Source: Oopsacas minuta
Lineage: Eukaryota > Animalia > Porifera
Direction: 5' to 3'
Assembly (NCBI GenBank): GCA_024704765.1
Contig: JAKMXF010000111.1
Coordinates: 760,619-824,618, forward strand
DNA length: 64,000 nucleotides
Each line of letters begins with the position of its first letter. Position 1 is the stretch's first letter. Of this stretch, positions 12,000 to 19,687 are shown in pieces. The position numbers and the translations under genes were made by a program. The notes beneath the pieces are model-generated. The model saw only the letters and a program-made list of their open reading frames with translations. It had not been told where the DNA came from and searched no databases.

Positions 12000-12185
12000 C
12001 AGTAGAACTCGGATAAGACGTACCCCCTCGGGAAACAGAAATTAGTACGTCTTAACCGAGTGTACGTCTTATCCGAATATGTTTGCATTACAAATAATGA
12101 TGACTGATATTTTGGGATATAAGAAATAGTACGTCTTAACCGAGTGTACGTCTTAAGCCGAGTACGTCTTATCCGAGTTCTACTG
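12000..12185. mobile_element. Intact MITE with perfect 24-bp TIRs and TA target duplication
   Basis: Left CAGTAGAACTCGGATAAGACGTAC and right GTACGTCTTATCCGAGTTCTACTG, TA on both sides, internal subterminal repeats GTACGTCTTA(A/T)CCGA. Confidence 0.9.
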
Positions 12186-12216
12186 TATATGTATGTTATT
12201 TTCAGCTTATTACTAA

Positions 12217-14145
12217 ATGGATACAGATCATAGTTTATCTATCGATAGTATCCCAGAGGAAGGATACTCCTCTTACACTCCTCCTAAGAGTAAAACGTTC
12301 CTACAAAACAGTGTACAACCTGGCATAATATGCTCAGACACGAGTTTAGATCAGGGGGAAGATTCTACCGTACAAGAACCAGAATCACTGTCCTCACACC
12401 TTGTTCTTATGAAGGCTGTAGCACGTCTTGTTGGATTAAGCAAAACATCAACAGAAGAAGGTGTACTTATGGATGACCATATCTCCTCCACTAGTGCTAC
12501 GTCATACTCCGCATCTTCTCGCTCAACAAGTATAGGCAGACTGAATTCAGCTAAATACCATATTTCTAACACAAAATTTAATACCATATTTATGCTACAT
12601 CCTACAGGTACTGGTGTATTGTATTGGAATATGATAATAACATTCGTTGTAGCGTACAATCTAATCTTAATTCCTATCAGATCCGTGTTCCCTCTATTCC
12701 AGGAGAAATATGTCTCTTTCTGGTACTTTCTGGACTCTCTGTCTGACTTTTACTACCTGTTGGATATTTTCGTTCAAACGCGAATTAGTCATTTAGAACA
12801 AGGCTGTTTGATCTCTCATTGGAAATTAATGGCGCGTTATTATATATTTTCTCAGAGATTTGTCATAGACATAGTATCTCTGCTTCCTGTCGATTTATTT
12901 ATCATCTACAGTCACCTAACTCCCTACCATAATTACGTCATATTTTTAAGAATCATAAGATTGATAAAAGCGTACAAAATTAGGATTTTTGTGGATCGGA
13001 TAGAAGCACGTAGCGATCACCCAAATGTAATCAGAATTGTAGCACTAGTTATCATCCTCATGATATTCATACATCTGAATGCTTGTCTCTATTTCTTCGT
13101 ATCTACAACACTAGGTTATGGTGTAGGAGATTTCCCATGGGCTTATCCAGGCGCTAAGAGTAATGTATATATGAATGGGAATAGAGTCAATATTGTGATT
13201 CCAAAATTTAATACTGTAGAGCAGTATCTAAACTGTCTACACTGGTCTACACAAATGTTGACTACAATCGGTGAAGTAAATGCTCCAACTAAGGCTATTG
13301 AGTACATCTATGCTACTGTTTCGCTGCTATTCGGGGTGTTATTGTTCGCTACATTAGTGGGTAATGTCGGTACAATAATTACGAACTTAAACGCAGCTAG
13401 AACAAGGTTCGAATCTCGTCTAGACAATGTAAAGCAGTATATGCATAATAGAAATATTAGTAAAGATCTGAAGGAGAGTGTACTACGTTGGTTCGATCAC
13501 TTATGGGAGAAGAGTCGGGGAATAGACGAACAAGAAACGCTACAGAATCTCCCTAACAAGTTGAGAGCAAGAATTGCTATTCGAGCTAACAGGAGAATTT
13601 TAGGAAGCAACCCAATCTACTTATCAGGAGATAAAGGATTCAAGATTGATTTGATGCTTAGATTCCGCTCTGAACTATTTCCCCCTAATGAAGCTATCTA
13701 CGAGAAAGGACACATAGGAAACGAAATGTATATTATTCGTAGTGGTACTGTAAACCTGACTAAGAGAGAAAAGGGGCAGACACGAATTGGAATGGAGTGT
13801 GGACAATTTTTCGGAATGAGTTGTGTTATCAACTTCAATGAATTCGGTCGTGAGAGATCAGAGACAGCTACTACAGTTGGTTTCTGTGATCTTCTTGTTC
13901 TAGAGAAGAAAGATTTACTGGAGCTACTCATAGACTATCCTAATGTTAAAGCCAAGCTTGATCAGCTGTTTGTTAAAGAATTTATGACAGACCAATTCAA
14001 ACAAGAGCAGACAGAAAGATTTCAAAACATAAACAAATATATCCACCAATTAGCTACGTCATATACTGACCTTCAAGAACAGTACGAACAATTAAGTACA
14101 GAGCATAACAGACTTCAAGCATTATACACCAATCTAATAGTTTAA
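12217..14145 (+). CDS. Cyclic nucleotide-gated channel, CNGA-like, paralog 1 (intronless)
   Basis: Six TM segments, pore HWSTQMLTTIGEV, VGNVG S6, C-linker, CNBD and C-terminal coiled coil. Confidence 0.9.
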   Translation: MDTDHSLSIDSIPEEGYSSYTPPKSKTFLQNSVQPGIICSDTSLDQGEDSTVQEPESLSSHLVLMKAVARLVGLSKTSTEEGVLMDDHISSTSATSYSASSRSTSIGRLNSAKYHISNTKFNTIFMLHPTGTGVLYWNMIITFVVAYNLILIPIRSVFPLFQEKYVSFWYFLDSLSDFYYLLDIFVQTRISHLEQGCLISHWKLMARYYIFSQRFVIDIVSLLPVDLFIIYSHLTPYHNYVIFLRIIRLIKAYKIRIFVDRIEARSDHPNVIRIVALVIILMIFIHLNACLYFFVSTTLGYGVGDFPWAYPGAKSNVYMNGNRVNIVIPKFNTVEQYLNCLHWSTQMLTTIGEVNAPTKAIEYIYATVSLLFGVLLFATLVGNVGTIITNLNAARTRFESRLDNVKQYMHNRNISKDLKESVLRWFDHLWEKSRGIDEQETLQNLPNKLRARIAIRANRRILGSNPIYLSGDKGFKIDLMLRFRSELFPPNEAIYEKGHIGNEMYIIRSGTVNLTKREKGQTRIGMECGQFFGMSCVINFNEFGRERSETATTVGFCDLLVLEKKDLLELLIDYPNVKAKLDQLFVKEFMTDQFKQEQTERFQNINKYIHQLATSYTDLQEQYEQLSTEHNRLQALYTNLIV

Positions 14146-14313
14146 TTTCTCTCATTGGCTATCCTTCTACGTATATTTTATTTTAATTGGTTTACTTCGT
14201 AATATAAATGATTCAGTGTCTATGTATCACGTTTAAGGGTCTTTCAATGCTTTTCTCTCACACTTATTGTATATGCCCTTTGCACAATCGTTATCATTTT
14301 ATTTCGAATTAGG

Positions 14314-16185
14314 ATGGCATTTTTCGAGAATGAGATATCCGTGGCTCGTTTGGATAACTCCAATAATCAGCCGCGTATATCATACACATGGGCATCTGGA
14401 TCTGAGAGTACAATCGATAAAGAGGATGATATATCCAAGAATGACCATCTACTCCTGGGAGAAGAGTATACTAAGTTTTGTTCTCTTAAGAGCACACAGT
14501 CACAGTCTTCAACAGATGACCTATCAAGGAGGGATTCCATACAAGCATATAAGAGAGTGGAATGGATAGCACGCCCAGAGAAGAAAATATTCTCTTTCTT
14601 AGTGGGGACAACCCTGGATCCCAGTGGTACAGCTACCTTATACTGGAATGCATTAGTGTGTATGGTAGCTGCATATAATCTCATCTTTATTCCTATCCGA
14701 TCTGTTTTTCCCTATTTTGAAGAGCGTTATCGTTATTATTGGTACTTCGTTGACTATCTAGCAGACTTATACTATGTGATAGATATTATAGTACAAATGC
14801 GTACCAGTTATCTTGAAGAAGGCTGTCTAGAATATAACTGGAAGCTAATAATGCGTCATTATGTAAAGAGTATGGAATTCTTAATAGATGTTATAGCAGT
14901 TCTTCCTCTTGAGTTCTTACTTATACAGAGTCACACACTTTGGTATCACAATTACATTATCAGCCTGAGGCTCACACGATTGCTAAAATTCAATAAAATC
15001 TATGAATTTATCATTAGAGCTGAATCTCGTAGTGACAGACCTAACTACCTCCGCTTAGGCAGGTTAGTACTTATTCTAGGTACTATAATACACTTGAATG
15101 CATGCCTATATTTCATGGTATCTACACTCTACGCATTTAACATTGATGGAGACGATGAGTGGGTATTTCAAGGTATAAACGAGACCGTACGCTTGGGAAA
15201 TGAAACACTTCTCGTTATTTTCCCAGCTAATACATTCATTGATCAATATTTCCACTGTCTTCACTGGTCCACTCAAATGCTTACAACAATCGCAGAGGTT
15301 AATTCTCCAGAGAAGAGCCTGCAGTTTTTATACGCTATAGCTCTGTTACTTTTCGCAGTACTTATGTTTGCAACACTAGTCGGTAATGTAGGTAATATTA
15401 TAATTAATCTAAACGCGGCTAGAACAAGGTTTGAGTCTCGTCTTGACAATGTAAAGCAGTATATGCATAATAGAAACATCAAAGAATCGTTACAAGATAG
15501 CGTATTGAGCTGGTTTGACCATTTGTGGGAAAAGAATAGAGGAATTGACGAACAAGAAACTCTACACAATCTCCCCAACAAGTTACGTGCACAGATAGCG
15601 TATAATGCAAATGAAAAGGTATTAATTAACAATCCTATATACAAGCTAGGAGATGAAGGGTTCAAGATTGGTCTGATACTCAAGCTCCGTTCCGAGCTAT
15701 TCCCTCCCAGAGAGAAAATATATCGTGAAGGACATATTGGAAATGACATGTACATTATTCGAAGCGGGAGAGTACTGTTAAATAAACAAGGAAATAAGGA
15801 AACTACGATAGAATTAGAAGATGGAGATTTCTTCGGTATGAACTGTGTGATTAATTTTGATGAATTCGGACGTGAGCGATCGGAAACAGCTACAACTGTA
15901 GGCTTCTGTGATATATTGATGCTGGAGAAGAAGGACCTCATGGAGTTGTTAGTCGACTACCCTGACGTGAAGGAGAAGCTCTCAGAGCTTTTCAATAAAG
16001 TTGTAGCTAGAAATTGTGAAAGGGCGAAAAAAGATGAACTAGACATTGCAAAGGCAACTAAAGATATGAATATTTTAATTCATAAATATAATGAACTGAA
16101 GGAGAAGCATATTATCCTTGTTGATGAACACAGAAAGCTCTATAATGCAGTTCGTATGTCTATGAAACTTCCTACAGTCACTTAA
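14314..16185 (+). CDS. Cyclic nucleotide-gated channel, CNGA-like, paralog 2 (intronless tandem duplicate)
   Basis: Colinear with paralog 1. Pore HWSTQMLTTIAEV; C-linker NLNAARTRFESRLDNVKQYMHNRNI is identical. Confidence 0.9.
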   Translation: MAFFENEISVARLDNSNNQPRISYTWASGSESTIDKEDDISKNDHLLLGEEYTKFCSLKSTQSQSSTDDLSRRDSIQAYKRVEWIARPEKKIFSFLVGTTLDPSGTATLYWNALVCMVAAYNLIFIPIRSVFPYFEERYRYYWYFVDYLADLYYVIDIIVQMRTSYLEEGCLEYNWKLIMRHYVKSMEFLIDVIAVLPLEFLLIQSHTLWYHNYIISLRLTRLLKFNKIYEFIIRAESRSDRPNYLRLGRLVLILGTIIHLNACLYFMVSTLYAFNIDGDDEWVFQGINETVRLGNETLLVIFPANTFIDQYFHCLHWSTQMLTTIAEVNSPEKSLQFLYAIALLLFAVLMFATLVGNVGNIIINLNAARTRFESRLDNVKQYMHNRNIKESLQDSVLSWFDHLWEKNRGIDEQETLHNLPNKLRAQIAYNANEKVLINNPIYKLGDEGFKIGLILKLRSELFPPREKIYREGHIGNDMYIIRSGRVLLNKQGNKETTIELEDGDFFGMNCVINFDEFGRERSETATTVGFCDILMLEKKDLMELLVDYPDVKEKLSELFNKVVARNCERAKKDELDIAKATKDMNILIHKYNELKEKHIILVDEHRKLYNAVRMSMKLPTVT

Positions 16186-16317
16186 CTATTACCCTTTGTG
16201 TAACCTTATCACTTGTATTTATCTATTTTTGAAAATGTAAGTACATGCATTTGTTTTAATGAAAAAGTAAACCTGAGAAAATGTACATCATTAACAATAA
16301 ATAATAATATAATCTGT

Positions 16318-17905
16318 TTATTTCCGATAAATAAGTCTATTTACAATTTCTCTTCCAAGTACTTTTCTCTCAAAATCAGCTCCCTTCATTAAAGACCTGT
16401 TCTCCTGTGCTCTCCGGATTAGATAAGGTATAACTTCCATCACAGGTCCGTACGGTACTGTCTTGTAAATGACGTAACCAGCCTGAGCGAGGGAATAGCT
16501 CACATAGTCACAAATACCTACAATTATTTAGACTTAAGCTCTGACCTAAAATTACTTATTTCTACTTACCAAATACCTGACCGAATAATATCCCTCCCTC
16601 TTTTGGTATTCCCAACTTCTCCAGCTGTTGAGTAGCTCTAGTAACAGAGTCTCTGTTATGTGTAGCTACCATCAGTCTCATATTATTTCTCTGTACCTCT
16701 CTCATACAAATATCCATAACTCTGTTATACATGGCTGTTGTAGATTGTATATTAGGATTTGTTGGATCTGGATATCCCATTTCTTTCGCTAATCTGCGTT
16801 CTTCCAAGAGATAAGCTCCTCTAACCATCTTTAAGCCATAAATAAAATTCTCTTCTTTTGCATATTCTAGATCAAACTTCAGCTCATTTTCAGTGTTCCT
16901 GAGTAGACATTGGTAAGTATTGTATACGATACATTTATTAGTATTTAATTTCTTCATTAGATGATGGACAGCTGTTTGGTGTATGAATTTCTGTATGTAT
17001 GTCTGTTCTGCGTCCACAAGCAATTTTACATTATTTGCTTCACACATATTTCCTATTTCATCAATTCTACGTATAAACTCTGATAATATTATATTCTCTT
17101 CATGAGTCAGTTCTTCTAAATCGTTACTTTTCCTCTTCAACAGCTCGTATAAATTCGTTCCTTTTACCAGATTATCTTGCCATCTTCTTGCTGTTATATT
17201 ATCCTTATTACCGCTAACTTGCTGAAACATAGACTCAATACTAGCATATGTTAATGCTGGTTCAATTGTTCGTATTTTCTGTTCTAATGTTTGCAATGTA
17301 ATAGCGTTAAGATCTTCATTTGACTGTCCACTTAATTGAAGAAACCATCTCTGTTTAGATTTGATTATCGAATTAATCTTCTTTTGCAGATAAAGTGGTG
17401 TCAGTGGACTTATTTTAATTGCTGTGACTCTATCCTTTTCAGAAAAGTCTACTACAATCCTAATACAGTCTAAAATATGATTTTTCAGCTTTTCAAATTC
17501 AGCTTCACTGTTTTTGTCTGTCTGCTCTGCTGCGTAGCTTAGAAATACTTTGATATTTTGCTTATCTAATTCCTTAATTCTTTCTAACACCTCGTAATTC
17601 TCTTCTCCAGCTACAAACTGTTTGTATATTGTTTTCTTAAGCAACCAATGAGTTACTTTCTCTCCCAACAGCTTATGTGCCCCTCTCAATATAGCATCTG
17701 CATTGTTTGTTATTACATCAAAACTAAGCAATTTGTATACAAGCCATTCTCTGAATATGGTTGTGGTGGATTTTGATTTTAAGGATCTGGAAATAGCTTC
17801 ATTAGAAAACAAATCTAAATTTGTTCGTTTTGAGTAGTTGTATCGGTATCTCATAGATAAGATGTTAGAGATGCTCTGTATCTGTGTCCTACTTGCCAAT
17901 AACAT
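16318..17905 (-). CDS. PRODH: Proline dehydrogenase; exons 17905-16570, 16517-16318
   Basis: LLVDAEQTY, VYNTYQCLL, KMVRGAY, MVATHN, YKTVPYGPVMEVIPYLIRRAQEN. One 52-nt phase-1 intron. Confidence 0.95.
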
Positions 17906-18081
17906 TCACAAATTTAATACACTACAATTTTTGTTATTTTAACATTGTTAGAATAATTATTAATAGAGGCGCATGCTTCGTCCACGCATATACCAGTTTG
18001 TCATTATCTACATATGTTAATATACTAGATAAGTTAGCATTAAGATACCCCCGTATAACAACACAAACTACCAATTTAATA

Positions 18082-18615
18082 ATGTCAACATTTGATATCG
18101 ATCCTCCTGAGGAGGTATGGCCTGTGGGAACTAGGAAAAGGATTGGCACAGTGAAGACAGATTTGCTTCGATTGAAGAAGAAATCTATAGAAGAGACTAA
18201 GAAATTAAATATTCCCCTAAACAAGTCAATTATAACAATGGAGAAGAGTATTTTCTCAGCTCCATCAATTAATTTCTTGGACGCTACAATAGATGCTCAA
18301 TTTGACAGCTCCGAGAAGAAAAGTAAGAGAATACGTGAACCTGGAGATTTAGCTAGTTGTGTAAAACTAGAGATTTTAATTAATCAACTACTCCGTGTCA
18401 TTCTTAAAGATACATACACGAAACTAAGCAAAAGACAATTTGATGAAATGCACCAAGAACTGATTCAACTATTCAACACGCTAATAGAGACTCAACCACA
18501 GGGCAGTATTCCTGTTGAATACTCTCCTAGACTTGAGGCTGTGCTGTCTAGGATTGCAGTATCAGGCCTCATAACACTAGACTCTTCCAATGGTACTGTA
18601 GAGTTTGAGTTCTGA
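18082..18615 (+). CDS. Uncharacterised 177-aa protein, divergent from PRODH
   Basis: Coding-like ORF from ATG 18082. The upstream ORF-track extension overlaps the PRODH start and is AT-rich. No family recognised. Confidence 0.55.
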   Translation: MSTFDIDPPEEVWPVGTRKRIGTVKTDLLRLKKKSIEETKKLNIPLNKSIITMEKSIFSAPSINFLDATIDAQFDSSEKKSKRIREPGDLASCVKLEILINQLLRVILKDTYTKLSKRQFDEMHQELIQLFNTLIETQPQGSIPVEYSPRLEAVLSRIAVSGLITLDSSNGTVEFEF

Positions 18616-18933
18616 GACAGACAAAATGCTTACAATGCTAGTGAAATTCTGATTTACAACATTACTCTCTTATATTCCTTAATACATAATTAACAAACAT
18701 TGAAATTTACGTTTGTGTACGCTACTTCATAAATTGGCAAAAAGTATTCAAACTCCTGATTACTTATTACTAGCATTTCAACAAGCTCTTATATTAACTT
18801 TCCTAACCACAGACGCAGAAGTACACAAACTTCCGTTGCAACATCGTCAATGCCATTAGGGTATCTCTATTGCTGCACTAAATATATTGCAAACTCTGAT
18901 ATTAGATATTAGATATAACTTTATGTACGATTA

Positions 18934-19572
18934 ATGGCTGCTAAATATCCATATGAGAAAGGACTATCAATTGAGAAGATAAGCAAATCTTTCAAACTAT
19001 CACCATCAGACATTCTTAATGTGTATGTAGTAGGTAGTCACTTATGGGGTACTGTACATAAAGATTCTGATTGGGATTTGGTTATAGTAGTTAAGGTATG
19101 GAGTGTTAAACCAGCAGACATGCACAGTGGACTATTAGATGCTCACATACTATCCAAAGAACAATTTGTAGAAACACTAGCTCTACATAACTTCAGGTTA
19201 ATAGCTTGTATTTATGCACCAGTTCATTGCAAGCTGAAGGAAACTATTAAGTTCGAGAAAATGTTTAAACTAGATAAAATAAAATTGAGAGATTCGTTCT
19301 TCCAAGAAAATGAACGGGATAACCGGATAGCAGAGAAGCACGCTAACAAAGGGAGAGTAGATGCTGCGAAAACGATTTGTGTACACACATTAAGATTATT
19401 AATGTTTGGAGAGCAGATCTGTTTGGAAGGGGGAATAGTTGATTATCAGAGAGGTAGAGATGAACTGGATGAGCTTAAGTATACCTACTTCACCAGCTGG
19501 GATGAATTGAGTAGTTTTGTCCTGCCTAAAATAAAAGATTGTAAAGAGAGAATCTTAGCTCTGTGTATCTAG
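18934..19572 (+). CDS. DNA polymerase beta-superfamily nucleotidyltransferase (Nuc-transf/RlaP-like), intronless
   Basis: VYVVGSHLWG...DSDWDLVIV (hG[S] plus DxD motif), a third acidic residue in LLDAH, and helical HTLRLLMFGEQI C-domain. Confidence 0.75.
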   Translation: MAAKYPYEKGLSIEKISKSFKLSPSDILNVYVVGSHLWGTVHKDSDWDLVIVVKVWSVKPADMHSGLLDAHILSKEQFVETLALHNFRLIACIYAPVHCKLKETIKFEKMFKLDKIKLRDSFFQENERDNRIAEKHANKGRVDAAKTICVHTLRLLMFGEQICLEGGIVDYQRGRDELDELKYTYFTSWDELSSFVLPKIKDCKERILALCI

Positions 19573-19687
19573 ACAATTAACCTATACTTGTATATATATT
19601 CATCCATGTATTAGACCTTCAATTTTTTGCTAGAAATATACCAAATTTCCTTTGCAATATTATTCAATTTAACCTATATTCTCTAGA

